Positions 47,350 to 57,435 are shown, numbered from the stretch's first letter. The stretch: 64,000 bases of DNA from Bacteroidota bacterium (GCA_049325415.1 JBMOLL010000008.1:15498-79497), one strand, 5' to 3'. Translations and numbers: made by a program. Notes: a model not told the origin generated them from the sequence alone.

Positions 47350-49023
47350 ATGAAGAAGAAATTTATTATTGCAGGAATAGTCGTACTGGTGCTCAGTGCG
47401 GGTTTCACGACCATAGGAAACCGTGATTTTGAAATTGTCAAGAACCTGGATATCTACTGTACTTTATTCAGGGAACTCAATATGTTTTATGTTGACGAGG
47501 TTGAGCCGGAGAAGCTTGTAGATAAAAGTATAGAATCGATGCTCTCCTCGCTGGATCCTTATACGACCTATATTCCGGAATCGGAAATGGATGATTTCAA
47601 TTTTCAGACAACCGGAGAATACGGAGGAATCGGTGCATTAATCAGAAAATCGGGAGATTTTACGATCATTGCCGAGCCATACAAGAATTTTCCGGCAGCA
47701 AAAGCCGGTTTAAGGGCCGGGGACAGGTTGCTTGTTGTTGATGGCAGGCAGGTAAAAGGTCTTGAAATTTCGAAAGTAAGTGAGCTTTTAAAGGGAGAGC
47801 CAAAGACCGAGTTTACCATCGAATATGAGCGTCCCGGAGAAAAAGGGACAAAAAAAGCAGTGCTTTTGCGGGAGCAGATCGTTATCCCCAATGTTCCCTA
47901 TTTCGGAATGGTTGATAAACATACGGGTTATATCCGGCTGAGCAATTTTACCACAGGAGCCTCGGCTGAGGTAAAGGCCGCGCTCCTGGATCTGAAGAAA
48001 AACCCCGAGCTCACCGGTATCGTTCTTGACCTGAGGGGTAATCCCGGTGGCTTATTGATTGAGGCTGTCAGGGTCTCGAACCTTTTCGTCGACAAGGGAG
48101 AGCTCATTGTAAGCACCAAGGGTAAGGTAAAGCAGTGGGATTCTGATTATTATACCACGGCTTATCCTGTTGAGCCGGACATGCCGATGGTAGTACTTGT
48201 AAACCGGGGGTCGGCTTCTGCATCTGAAATCGTTGCCGGGGCTCTTCAGGACCTGGACCGGGCGGTAATTGTCGGTCAGCGTACCTTTGGAAAGGGCCTT
48301 GTACAGACGACCCGGAAATTATCCTATAATGCCCAGTTAAAGGTGACGACAGCGAAGTATTACATCCCCAGTGGCCGGTGCATCCAGGCGCTTGATTACA
48401 CGCACCGGAATGAGGACGGCAGTGTCGGTGTCATACCCGATTCCCTGATCTCGTCCTTTAAAACGAAAAACGGCCGTATAGTATATGACGGAGGAGGGAT
48501 TCAGCCCGATTACACCCTGAACCCTGATGTTTTCAGTGATATTGCCGTTCATTTATATGCCGAGAACCTGATTTTCGATTATGCAACGCAATTCGTAATT
48601 AACCATCCCACGATAGCCCCTGCTTCAGAATTTGATCTTTCGGATGAAGCTTACCGGGAATTTGAAACTTTTGTCATGAACCGGGGTTTCGAATATGAAA
48701 CGGCCAGTGAGCAGGAGCTGGATAAACTGATTGAGACGGCGAAGAGGGACAAGTATTACGAAAACGCCGTATCGGAGTTTGATGCACTGAAGTCCAAGCT
48801 TTCACATAATATCCAGCGCGACCTTGAAACGTTCAGGGAAGATATTTCCTCGCTGCTGGTGCAGGAAATTACCGGCAGGTATTACTTTGAAGAAGGCCGG
48901 ATTGTTTCGCAGCTTCAGAAGGATCCCCAGCTGGAAAAAGCCCTGTCACTGCTCAGCAGTCCTGAAGGTGTCCTGCTGACCCTGCATGAAAGCGGAGAGG
49001 TTGGTGCTCCTGCCCGTCAGTGA
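47350..49023 (+). CDS. S41-family carboxy-terminal processing peptidase with PDZ domain
   Basis: 557 aa. PDZ segment GLRAGDRLLVVDG, LDLRGNPGG, catalytic Ser in RGSASASEI and Lys in TFGKGLVQ. Confidence 0.9.
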   Translation: MKKKFIIAGIVVLVLSAGFTTIGNRDFEIVKNLDIYCTLFRELNMFYVDEVEPEKLVDKSIESMLSSLDPYTTYIPESEMDDFNFQTTGEYGGIGALIRKSGDFTIIAEPYKNFPAAKAGLRAGDRLLVVDGRQVKGLEISKVSELLKGEPKTEFTIEYERPGEKGTKKAVLLREQIVIPNVPYFGMVDKHTGYIRLSNFTTGASAEVKAALLDLKKNPELTGIVLDLRGNPGGLLIEAVRVSNLFVDKGELIVSTKGKVKQWDSDYYTTAYPVEPDMPMVVLVNRGSASASEIVAGALQDLDRAVIVGQRTFGKGLVQTTRKLSYNAQLKVTTAKYYIPSGRCIQALDYTHRNEDGSVGVIPDSLISSFKTKNGRIVYDGGGIQPDYTLNPDVFSDIAVHLYAENLIFDYATQFVINHPTIAPASEFDLSDEAYREFETFVMNRGFEYETASEQELDKLIETAKRDKYYENAVSEFDALKSKLSHNIQRDLETFREDISSLLVQEITGRYYFEEGRIVSQLQKDPQLEKALSLLSSPEGVLLTLHESGEVGAPARQ

Positions 49024-51803
49024 GCTTCCAGCCAGTTTTTGCCTGTTCCAAGATCTACGATCAGAGGAACGCTTAGTTTTACGGCAGATTCCATTTGCAC
49101 GCGGACGATGTTTTGAAGCGTTTCCAGTTCCCCGGCAGCCGCATCAAAATTCAATTCATCATGGACCTGGATTGTCATGCGGCTTTTAAGGCCAAGGCGC
49201 TGCATTTCTTCATGGATATTCACCATGGCGATCTTAATGATGTCGGCTGCAGATCCCTGAATCGGTGCATTAATAGCGTTTCGCTCCGCATTTCCCCTCA
49301 CCACTGAATTCCTAGAGAGAATATCGGGAAGGTATCTTCTTCGTCCAAACATGGTTTCCACATAACCTCTTTCGCGGGCCGAGCGGATACTCTGATCCAT
49401 GTAATCCCGAACCCCTTTATAGGTCGCAAAATAGTTATCAATCAATTCACGGGCTTCTGTTCTGCTGATCCTCATCCGTTGTGCCAGACCAAAGGCAGAT
49501 ATTCCGTAAATGATGCCAAAATTGGCTGTTTTTGCCCTGCTTCTCATCTCTCGGGTCACCTGATCGCGGGCTGTTCTGAAAATTTTCGCAGCGGTGGCGG
49601 TATGAATATCCTCACCGGCCAGAAAATCCGCAATCATACCTTCGTCTCCGCTCAGGTGGGCCATCAGCCTCAGTTCAATCTGGGAATAGTCGGCCGAAAG
49701 GAAAAAATCGCCCGGTTCAGCAGGAATAAAGGCTTTTCTGATTTCCCTGCCCCGCTCATCCCTCACCGGAATATTCTGAAGGTTTGGATTGTTCGAAGAC
49801 AGGCGGCCTGTCGCCACCAGTGCCTGGTTAAATGAAGTGTGAATGTTTCCCGTAAGCGGATTCACCAGTTGCGGCAGAGCTTCGACATAGGTTGACAACA
49901 GTTTTTTCAGGGAGCGGTAATTCAGTACCTCGGGGACAATTTCGTGCTTATCCAGCAGATCAAGCAGCACCTCTTCGCTTGTTGACTGTTGTTTGGTAGG
50001 AGTTTGCTTTTCTCCTCCCCCGATCTTAAGCTTACGGAACAGGATATCTCCCAATTGTTTCGGAGAGTTAATATTAAACGATTCACCGGCCAGGGAATAA
50101 ATCTTTTCCTCCAGGCCAATAAGATCCGCCCTTAATTCTCCGGCAAAGATTTTGAGTGCCTGTTCATCGATGCGGATCCCGCCGTGTTCCATTTCCATGA
50201 GCACAGGAACAAGGGGCATTTCGATCGTATCAAAAAGATTATTAATTCCCTGTTTATCAATTGATTCCCGTAATATTGAGGAGATTTGCCAGGTTATATC
50301 GGCATCTTCACCGGCATATTCTGCAGCTTTTTCGGGAGCCACGTTCCTGAAATTCTGCTGGTTTGCTCCTTTCCTGCCAATCAGTTCCTCGATGGGTACC
50401 ATACGATAGGCCAGGTACTTTTCGGCAAGGAGGTTCAGGTTATGCCGGCCTTCAGGATGAAGCAGGTAGGCTGCAATTAAAGTATCGAATAATCTTCCTT
50501 TAACTAAAACATTATAGTTCTTTAATATATGCAGGTCGAATTTAATGTTCTGCCCGATTTTCTCAATGGTTTCCGCTGCGAATACCGGTTTAAAAACTGA
50601 CAGCCATCTTTCGGCGTCGCTTTTATCCGGAGGGAAACTGATATAGACGGCTTTACCTTTTTCCCAGGAAAGAGCAAGGCCGACGATTTCGGAAGAAACC
50701 GGATCTAGACCGGTTGTTTCGGTATCGAAGCAAAAGGCTTTCAGGAGTGATAGTTCCGACGCGAGAGCCGGAAGCTCTTCTTCCCTGGTTATCAGGCGGT
50801 ACTGATGTTCTGTTGAATGAATGTCCTGAAGGTTCGTGGTTTCCGGTGTGTTTTCCGTTACCGTATCAAAAAGTGACGGCTGGCTCGTGCTTGCTGATGC
50901 CGGCGTTTTCTTCGCTGCCGGAGCCGGTTCTTCTTTCAGAATTCTGCCGGCAAGGTTTTTAAATTCAAGTTCATTGAAAAGGGTTCTGAGCTTATCCGAA
51001 TCGGCTGGTTTTCTTTCCGCCTGACTGAAATCGAAGTTAACCGGGGCATCGGTGACGATTGTCGCCAGATATTTAGAATTCCGGAGCTGGTCTTTTGAAG
51101 CCAGCAGGTTTTCCTTTTGTTTTCCTTTCAGCTCGTCGGTATGTTCGAGGAGGGTTTCGACGGATTTATATACGGAAATAAGGCTTTTGGCGGTTTTTTC
51201 ACCGATGCCCGGTACTCCGGGAATATTATCGGCAGCATCGCCCCACAAAGCAAGGATGTCAATTACCTGGAGCGGGTTTTCGATTGAAAAGAGTTTGCAG
51301 ACCTCTTCCACACCCAGTATTTCGGGAGGATTTCCGCCTTTGCCCGGTTTATACATGCGGATCCGTTCGCTTACCAGCTGAGCGTAGTCTTTATCGGGGG
51401 TCATCATGTACACGTCGAAGTCCTGTTTTTCGGCCTGTACGGCCAGTGTGCCGATTATATCATCGGCTTCGTATCCGGGGACTTCTATCATGGGGATATT
51501 AAACGCTTCGATGATGCGTTTGAGCCAGGGTACGGCCAGTTTAATATCTTCTGGGGTTGCTTCCCTGTTTGCCTTGTATTGCGGATAATGTTCATGACGG
51601 AAAGTGGGGCCCGGCGGGTCAAAAACGACAGCGATATGGCTTGGATTTTCCTTACGGAGGACCTCGTCAAGTGTCAGGGTAAAGCCGAACATAGTTGAGG
51701 TATTGAGGCCCGAAGAGGTTCTCATCGGGTTTGAAATAAAAGCATAATAAGCCCTGAATATCAGCGCATATGCATCAAGAAGGAAGATTTTTTTTTCCGG
51801 CAT
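49017..51803 (-). CDS. polA: DNA polymerase I
   Basis: 5'-nuclease N-terminus KIFLLDAYALIFRAYYAF, a 3'-5' exonuclease region, and polymerase motifs A (DYSQIELR), B (RSRAKTANFGIIYG) and C (QVHDEL). ATG at 51803 is preferred over the track start at 51860. Confidence 0.95.
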   Translation of the reverse strand: MPEKKIFLLDAYALIFRAYYAFISNPMRTSSGLNTSTMFGFTLTLDEVLRKENPSHIAVVFDPPGPTFRHEHYPQYKANREATPEDIKLAVPWLKRIIEAFNIPMIEVPGYEADDIIGTLAVQAEKQDFDVYMMTPDKDYAQLVSERIRMYKPGKGGNPPEILGVEEVCKLFSIENPLQVIDILALWGDAADNIPGVPGIGEKTAKSLISVYKSVETLLEHTDELKGKQKENLLASKDQLRNSKYLATIVTDAPVNFDFSQAERKPADSDKLRTLFNELEFKNLAGRILKEEPAPAAKKTPASASTSQPSLFDTVTENTPETTNLQDIHSTEHQYRLITREEELPALASELSLLKAFCFDTETTGLDPVSSEIVGLALSWEKGKAVYISFPPDKSDAERWLSVFKPVFAAETIEKIGQNIKFDLHILKNYNVLVKGRLFDTLIAAYLLHPEGRHNLNLLAEKYLAYRMVPIEELIGRKGANQQNFRNVAPEKAAEYAGEDADITWQISSILRESIDKQGINNLFDTIEMPLVPVLMEMEHGGIRIDEQALKIFAGELRADLIGLEEKIYSLAGESFNINSPKQLGDILFRKLKIGGGEKQTPTKQQSTSEEVLLDLLDKHEIVPEVLNYRSLKKLLSTYVEALPQLVNPLTGNIHTSFNQALVATGRLSSNNPNLQNIPVRDERGREIRKAFIPAEPGDFFLSADYSQIELRLMAHLSGDEGMIADFLAGEDIHTATAAKIFRTARDQVTREMRSRAKTANFGIIYGISAFGLAQRMRISRTEARELIDNYFATYKGVRDYMDQSIRSARERGYVETMFGRRRYLPDILSRNSVVRGNAERNAINAPIQGSAADIIKIAMVNIHEEMQRLGLKSRMTIQVHDELNFDAAAGELETLQNIVRVQMESAVKLSVPLIVDLGTGKNWLEAH

Positions 51804-51813
51804 AGTCTGGGAT

Positions 51814-52260
51814 TTAATTATCGGCAGCATACCATTCCGCATAGGATGTTGCTGTTTCATAAAGTTTCACGGAATGGAGACGGATGTTTTCGGGAAGCTG
51901 TTTGTTCAGAACTTCGGCTGTGTAGGAGACAAGGTTTTCGCATGTTGGCTGAAAATCAAACACATGCACTTTCTCGTACATTTTTTTGACGGCATCAAGG
52001 CTTTCTCCTTCGGCGGAGCGGAAGACGATGAGGGCATGGTCAAGCAGGTCCACGATTTCGCGTTTTACGATGGTCTTCAGATCTTTAAAGTCGATGACCA
52101 TTCCAAATTTCGGATTGGAGGGCTCATTAATGGGTGTACCGGAAACGGTGACAAACAGCCGGTAGGAATGGCCATGAATATTTTTGCATGCACCGTCGTA
52201 GTTCCACAGGGCGTGTGCCATTTCAAAACTGAATTCCTTTGTAACCCTAATTGTGCTCAT
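51814..52260 (-). CDS. queD: 6-carboxytetrahydropterin synthase QueD (PTPS family)
   Basis: FEMAHAL...CKNIHGHSYRL (Cys-x3-His-Gly-His) and the C-terminal ETATSYAEW region. ATG at 52260. Confidence 0.85.
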   Translation of the reverse strand: MSTIRVTKEFSFEMAHALWNYDGACKNIHGHSYRLFVTVSGTPINEPSNPKFGMVIDFKDLKTIVKREIVDLLDHALIVFRSAEGESLDAVKKMYEKVHVFDFQPTCENLVSYTAEVLNKQLPENIRLHSVKLYETATSYAEWYAADN

Positions 52261-52315
52261 TTCTGATACTGTTTTAGAGAAAAACATCCTGAATATGGGA
52301 TAAGTTCAATAAGTC

Positions 52316-52340
52316 AAAAAAAAACCGGCCGGAGCCGGTT
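52316..52340 (-). terminator. Rho-independent terminator after the ArsR-family gene
   Basis: Minus strand: AACCGGC-TCCG-GCCGGTT followed by a T-run of about 7. Confidence 0.7.
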
Positions 52341-52360
52341 AATCCAGGGAAAAAAAGTTA

Positions 52361-52660
52361 TCATTCACAAGCGCAACTCTTTACACATTCCACTACCTGC
52401 GCCATCTTGGGGTATTTGAGGTTGTAGTAGGTGTTTTTGCCGTCTCTTTTAGCGACAAGCACATCTTTATCCCTCAATATTCCCAGATGATGAGATGCCG
52501 TAGATTGTTCAATGTTCAGCTGTTCATGAATTTCTGTTACCGTAAGCTGATTATCATCTTTAAGAAGGCCAAGAATCGCCATTCTTATCGGATGGGCAAT
52601 AGCTTTCAGCATGTTTGCTGCTTTTTCTACTTGTTCGGGTTTTAGATCGTCTATTTTCAT
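52361..52660 (-). CDS. ArsR/SmtB-family metalloregulatory transcription factor
   Basis: 99 aa from ATG 52660. Winged helix-turn-helix LKAIAHPIRMAILGLL...LTVTEIHEQLNIEQSTASHHLGILRDKDVL, with a C-terminal Cys cluster CVKSCACE. Confidence 0.8.
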   Translation of the reverse strand: MKIDDLKPEQVEKAANMLKAIAHPIRMAILGLLKDDNQLTVTEIHEQLNIEQSTASHHLGILRDKDVLVAKRDGKNTYYNLKYPKMAQVVECVKSCACE

Positions 52661-52687
52661 TTTAACTGTGGTAGGTGTCCGTATATG

Positions 52688-52718
52688 CAAAGATATTAAT
52701 ATTTAACCATTTTAATAT
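52688..52718 (-). promoter_or_regulatory. Candidate arsR promoter and operator: -7 box TATCTTTG (52688-52695) overlapped by inverted repeat ATATTAA-N12-TTAATAT (52693-52718)
   Basis: Read directly. The box lies about 28 nt upstream of ATG 52660. ArsR-family repressors typically autoregulate through AT-rich inverted repeats overlapping their own promoter. Confidence 0.3.
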
Positions 52719-52947
52719 ATGACAAAAGACATATGGAGGTTAATCCAGACTGATTTTGACAGTTCATTTCTGAATTATGATTTATAACTTCCCCCAGAGG
52801 ATGAAAAGGTCGCCGAGTGTGCTTTCGCCGGGGGGTTTTCTTCCGGGGGCAATGCTTTCTCAGCTAAGCCGGTAAATAACAGAATTAACACCTCATACAA
52901 AGCTGATCAGGATAATATTTATAAATTTGGAGCAGAAATTCTTGGAC

Positions 52948-53922
52948 ATGCCGGAATTAAACACGATTCGCAGACCCGTTAAAGCTGAAATGGAGGAATT
53001 TGAGAAGTATTTTGCCACTTCCATTAAAAGCACAATTTCAGTTCTGGATCTGATCACCAAATATATTTTACGTCGTAAAGGCAAGCAGATGAGGCCCTTA
53101 TTTGTTTTTCTGACGGCCAAAATGCTTGGAGAAATCAGTTCATCCACCTATACTGCCGCATCTTTAATAGAGTTATTACACACCGCCACGCTGGTGCATG
53201 ATGATGTAGTGGGTGAATCGTATGAACGGCGGGGAGTATTTTCAATCAATGCGCTCTGGCGCTCAAAAATTGCCGTCCTGTTTGGTGATTACCTCCTTGC
53301 AAAAGGCTTGCTATTAACAGTAGAAAAAGGTGATTATGAGCTACTTTCGATAGTTTCTGATGCCGTAAAGCAGATGAGTGAGGGGGAATTATTGCAGATA
53401 CAAAAGTCGTTCAGTCTTAACCTGGATATAGAAACGTATTATGAGGTTATCCGGAAGAAAACAGCCACACTCATAGCCTCATGTACAGCCTGTGGGGCCA
53501 AATCGATCGGCGCGGATGAGGCGGTCGTCAAAGATATGTATGAACTCGGGATTGCCATTGGGATGGCATTCCAGATTAAAGACGATCTGTTTGATTACCA
53601 GCCCCGGGGGCCAATTGGAAAGCCGACCGGAAATGATATTAAGGAAAAAAAATTCACCCTCCCCCTACTGTATGCTTTAAACCAGGCGTCTTTTTCGGAG
53701 AGAAGAAGGATTATTCACCTTGTGAAATCCAAAAGTTCTGAATCTTCTGTTGTCGGAGAGGTTATTGCCTTTGTCGACAAGCATGGAGGGTTGCAGTTTG
53801 CTGAAGAAAAAATGCTGGCTTTCAGGGATGAGGCCTTAGGGATTCTGGCCAGATACCCATCTTCCGAGGCTCGGCAATCGTTAATGGATCTGATAGATTT
53901 CACCGTATTCCGCACCAAATAA
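52948..53922 (+). CDS. Polyprenyl diphosphate synthase (IspB-like)
   Basis: First Asp-rich motif LLHTATLVHDDVV and second FQIKDDLFD. ATG at 52948 (the track opens at TTG 52927). Confidence 0.85.
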   Translation: MPELNTIRRPVKAEMEEFEKYFATSIKSTISVLDLITKYILRRKGKQMRPLFVFLTAKMLGEISSSTYTAASLIELLHTATLVHDDVVGESYERRGVFSINALWRSKIAVLFGDYLLAKGLLLTVEKGDYELLSIVSDAVKQMSEGELLQIQKSFSLNLDIETYYEVIRKKTATLIASCTACGAKSIGADEAVVKDMYELGIAIGMAFQIKDDLFDYQPRGPIGKPTGNDIKEKKFTLPLLYALNQASFSERRRIIHLVKSKSSESSVVGEVIAFVDKHGGLQFAEEKMLAFRDEALGILARYPSSEARQSLMDLIDFTVFRTK

Positions 53923-53944
53923 TCCGGTTAATTACAGCCTGATT

Positions 53945-55747
53945 TTACTTACCAAAGTGTTTCAGGATCTTTGAAGCGCGGTCGGCACCTATAAGACCCG
54001 AAAGTTCCTCTCTTGTTGCCTCAGATATAGCTTCAACGGATTTGAAATGAACGAATAGTTTTTCCATTGTAGTTTTACCTATACCCGGAATGGCCAATAA
54101 ACCGGAGGAAAGCATTCCTGCCGAGCGGGTGTTTCGGTGGAAGGTAATACCGAAACGGTGAGCTTCATTTCTGAGTTGTTGAATCAGTTTGAGTGATTCA
54201 GAATTCTTATCGATATACAGGGGAACCGGATCGTCGGGGAAATAGATCTCCTCCAATCTTTTTGCGATTCCCACTATTGCGATCTTATTACGCAGTTGTA
54301 ATTTGTCGAGGATTTCAACGGCTGCACTGAGCTGGCCTTTCCCTCCGTCGACTATAATTAATTGCGGCAATGAAACTTTTTCTTCAACTAAACGTGTATA
54401 TCGTCTTGATATTATTTCCTTCATTGACGCAAAATCGTCGGGACCAAGCACTGTTTTCACATGAAAGTGCCTGTACTCCTTTTTTGCTGGCCTGCCGTTT
54501 TTGAATACCACGCATGCGGCAACCGGGTTTGTTCCCTGCAGGTTGCTGTTGTCGAAGCATTCAATATGAAGCGGAAGTTGTTGCAGCCGAAGGTCGGCCT
54601 GCAGGGTTTTTAAAACTCTTTCTCCCGGTTTGAGCGGTCGCAGACCCGAGTTATTTTTAATTTTTTCAAGTCGGAAGGCCCTGGCGTTCCTGAGTGAAAG
54701 TTCGAGCAGTTTGAGTCGGTCGCCACGTTGCGGAACAGTTATCTTAACCTGTTTTACGGGAAGATCCACCCTGAGTGGCAGAATAATTTCCCCGGACTGG
54801 CTGCCGGTTCTTTGGCGCATTTCCATTATGGCGAAGAGCAGCAGCTCCTCATCCGGTTCATTAAGTTTCTTTCGTAGTTCGAGGGTATGGGTATAAATGA
54901 TAGCACCGTCTTTTACATGTAAAAAGTTAATGAAGGCTGCTTTTTCGTCGGATACAACAGAAAAGACATCTACATTATCAATTGCCGGATTGACTATTGT
55001 TGATTTATTCTGGAAACGGCCCAGAATCTCTATTTTTTCCTTAATTGCATTTGCCCTTTCGAAGGCATATTCTCCGGCCAGTTTCGTCATTTGATTTTCC
55101 AGGGTGTTTTTCAGTTCCCTGAGATTCCCTTTCAGTAATTCCTCAATCTGCCCGATCTGTTCCCTGTAGTCGGTTTCATCCTGAAGGCCCTGACAGGGAC
55201 CGGCACAATTACCAATATGGTATTCGAGACAAAGTTTAAATTTCTTTGCTTTAATATTATCAGCATTCAGAGGATAGGAACAGGATCTAAGGCGGTACAT
55301 CTGCCGGACCAGGACCAGCAGGGTTTTTACCATATAGGCCGAGGTATACGGACCATAATACGTGGAGCCGTCCTGAACCACCTGCCGAGTAGAAAAGACT
55401 CTGGGGAAAGGTTCGTTTTTAATAACGATCCAGGGGAAGGTCTTGTCATCTTTCAGCAGAATATTGTACCTGGGCTGAAGTTCCTTTATCAGGTTATTTT
55501 CCAACAATAAGGCATCCGACTCGCTGGCGACAACGAAAGTTTTTATGTCGGTAATCTTTTCTACAAGGATCTTTACCTTATAGTTATCATATTTCTTTTT
55601 GGCAAAATATGAGGAAACCCGTTTATTAAGATCTTTGGCCTTCCCCACATAGATCACCGTTCCTTTTCTGTCGAAGAACTGGTATACTCCCGGCTGATGC
55701 GGAAGATTCCGTACCAGGTTTTTCAGGTATTGTTCCAGCTCATTCAT
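53945..55747 (-). CDS. uvrC: Excinuclease ABC subunit UvrC
   Basis: GIY-YIG N-terminus GVYQFFDRKGTVIYVGKAKDLNKRVSSY, Cys cluster CLEYHIGNCAGPC, and a C-terminal (HhH)2 segment LLAIPGIGKTTMEKL. Confidence 0.95.
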   Translation of the reverse strand: MNELEQYLKNLVRNLPHQPGVYQFFDRKGTVIYVGKAKDLNKRVSSYFAKKKYDNYKVKILVEKITDIKTFVVASESDALLLENNLIKELQPRYNILLKDDKTFPWIVIKNEPFPRVFSTRQVVQDGSTYYGPYTSAYMVKTLLVLVRQMYRLRSCSYPLNADNIKAKKFKLCLEYHIGNCAGPCQGLQDETDYREQIGQIEELLKGNLRELKNTLENQMTKLAGEYAFERANAIKEKIEILGRFQNKSTIVNPAIDNVDVFSVVSDEKAAFINFLHVKDGAIIYTHTLELRKKLNEPDEELLLFAIMEMRQRTGSQSGEIILPLRVDLPVKQVKITVPQRGDRLKLLELSLRNARAFRLEKIKNNSGLRPLKPGERVLKTLQADLRLQQLPLHIECFDNSNLQGTNPVAACVVFKNGRPAKKEYRHFHVKTVLGPDDFASMKEIISRRYTRLVEEKVSLPQLIIVDGGKGQLSAAVEILDKLQLRNKIAIVGIAKRLEEIYFPDDPVPLYIDKNSESLKLIQQLRNEAHRFGITFHRNTRSAGMLSSGLLAIPGIGKTTMEKLFVHFKSVEAISEATREELSGLIGADRASKILKHFGK

Positions 55748-55752
55748 AGGAA

Positions 55753-57378
55753 TCAGACAAAGAGCGGGATGAAAGAAAAACTATTCCCATCAAAGAGGCC
55801 TTTATCGCTCAGTTTAATTTCAGGAATAACCAAAAGGGCCATGAAAGAAAGGGTCATGAACGGAGCTTTCAATTCAGAGCCCATGGCTTTTATTTTGCCG
55901 GACAGATATTTATAGCGTGCTGCGGTTTCCGAAAGAGGCCTGTTCGACATAATTCCCGCAACCGGAAGAGCAAGGCCTTCGGCGTTACCCTCTTCGACGA
56001 CGACCATCCCTCCCCTGTTATCGATGATCCAGTTTATGGCAAGGAGCAGATCCTTGTCATTAACACCAGCAGCTATGATATTATGAGAATCGTGAGCCAC
56101 ACTTGTGGCTATTGCTCCCTTTTTTAACCCCAGTCCGTGAATAAATGCAAGTGCTGGCGGGCTTGTTTTGTATCGGTTTATTACCGCGAGTTTCAGTAAA
56201 TCGCGATCGGGGTCAGAAAGCACCATCCCGTTCACCGGAAAAACCGGAGCCTGCGTGCGTCGGGTAATAAGTTCCCCATCAATAATATTGATCAGATTAA
56301 TTGTAGAAGACCGCGCCTGGATTTCCAGCTGAGCTGGCTGGATTTTATCTGAAATAAAGATATTCGGTAAATCCTCCATTTGCGGAGGAATCAGGGATTC
56401 CTTATTCAAATAAACCGGCTCGCCATTGATGACCGTTTCCAGTACGTGGAAGGATTCCAGGTCTTTGACAATGATAAAATCCGCCGGATCGCCCACCTGC
56501 AGCAGACCAACATTCAGGTTGTAGTGCCTTACCGGGTTAACTGAAGCTGCTCTCAGCACATCGAATAGTTCATAGCCCTCCTGAACTGCTCTTTTCACCA
56601 GAATATTGATGTGCCCCAGCAGCAGGTCGTCGGGATGGCTGTCGTCGGTACAAAACATTACATGCTCCGGAGCCTCATTAAGTAAGGGTACCAATGCCTT
56701 AAAATTCTTCGCTCCGCTTCCTTCCCGTATTAGGATGTTCATTCCGTTTCGGATTTTCTCCCGGGCCTCTCCTATTTCGAAGCATTCGTGATCCGTTGTA
56801 ATTCCTTTTGAAGCGTAGGCTTCTAAGTCTTTTCCTCTCAGTCCGGGTGCGTGTCCGTCAACCGGGTAGTCTTTCCCTCTGGCCAGGCTGATTTTTTTCA
56901 ACAGATCAGCATCCCCATTTATAACACCCGGGTAATTCATCACTTCGGCTAGAAAGCCAACTTTTTCCAGTTCTAACAATCTTTCCACCTCCGAACTATC
57001 CAGGCTGGCTCCGCTTGTTTCAAAACTTGTTGCCGGTACACAACTCGGAACACCGAACAAAAACTTAAAGGGTGTATAGGCTGCACTGGCCAGCATATAT
57101 TTTACGCCGTCCGAACCCAGCACATTGGCGATTTCATGCGGATCGGCCACGGCAGCAATTGTTCCGTGTTTTATAGCTTCAGCAGAAAAAGCCAGTGGTG
57201 TTGACATGGAACTCTCGACGTGCACATGGGCGTCAACAAAGCCAGGCATGATGAAACCCGAGCCCGATCCTTCAATTTTCGATATTTTCTCAATGCGCCC
57301 TTCGTTTACAATGATCTCGCCATGGAAAATCATTTTCCTTAAGGGATCCACCAGGTTGCCGATATACGTTCTTTTCAT
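55753..57378 (-). CDS. ade: Adenine deaminase
   Basis: 541 aa with the amidohydrolase metal motif PGFVDAHVHVESS and conserved downstream His/Asp (DHECF, TDDSHP). Confidence 0.9.
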   Translation of the reverse strand: MKRTYIGNLVDPLRKMIFHGEIIVNEGRIEKISKIEGSGSGFIMPGFVDAHVHVESSMSTPLAFSAEAIKHGTIAAVADPHEIANVLGSDGVKYMLASAAYTPFKFLFGVPSCVPATSFETSGASLDSSEVERLLELEKVGFLAEVMNYPGVINGDADLLKKISLARGKDYPVDGHAPGLRGKDLEAYASKGITTDHECFEIGEAREKIRNGMNILIREGSGAKNFKALVPLLNEAPEHVMFCTDDSHPDDLLLGHINILVKRAVQEGYELFDVLRAASVNPVRHYNLNVGLLQVGDPADFIIVKDLESFHVLETVINGEPVYLNKESLIPPQMEDLPNIFISDKIQPAQLEIQARSSTINLINIIDGELITRRTQAPVFPVNGMVLSDPDRDLLKLAVINRYKTSPPALAFIHGLGLKKGAIATSVAHDSHNIIAAGVNDKDLLLAINWIIDNRGGMVVVEEGNAEGLALPVAGIMSNRPLSETAARYKYLSGKIKAMGSELKAPFMTLSFMALLVIPEIKLSDKGLFDGNSFSFIPLFV

Positions 57379-57391
57379 AATCCAAACTCAT

Positions 57392-57435
57392 AAAGTTCCA
57401 CGTGGAACCTTCCGTAAAAAGTTCCACGTGGAACT
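57392..57435. promoter_or_regulatory. Two direct copies of AAAGTTCCACGTGGAAC, each containing the perfect palindrome GTTCCACGTGGAAC (57395-57408 and 57421-57434)
   Basis: Read directly and anchored on ORF-track frames. The centres are 26 bp apart. The pair fills the 55-nt mnmG-ade spacer, and the second copy overlaps the mnmG stop codon. Confidence 0.5.
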
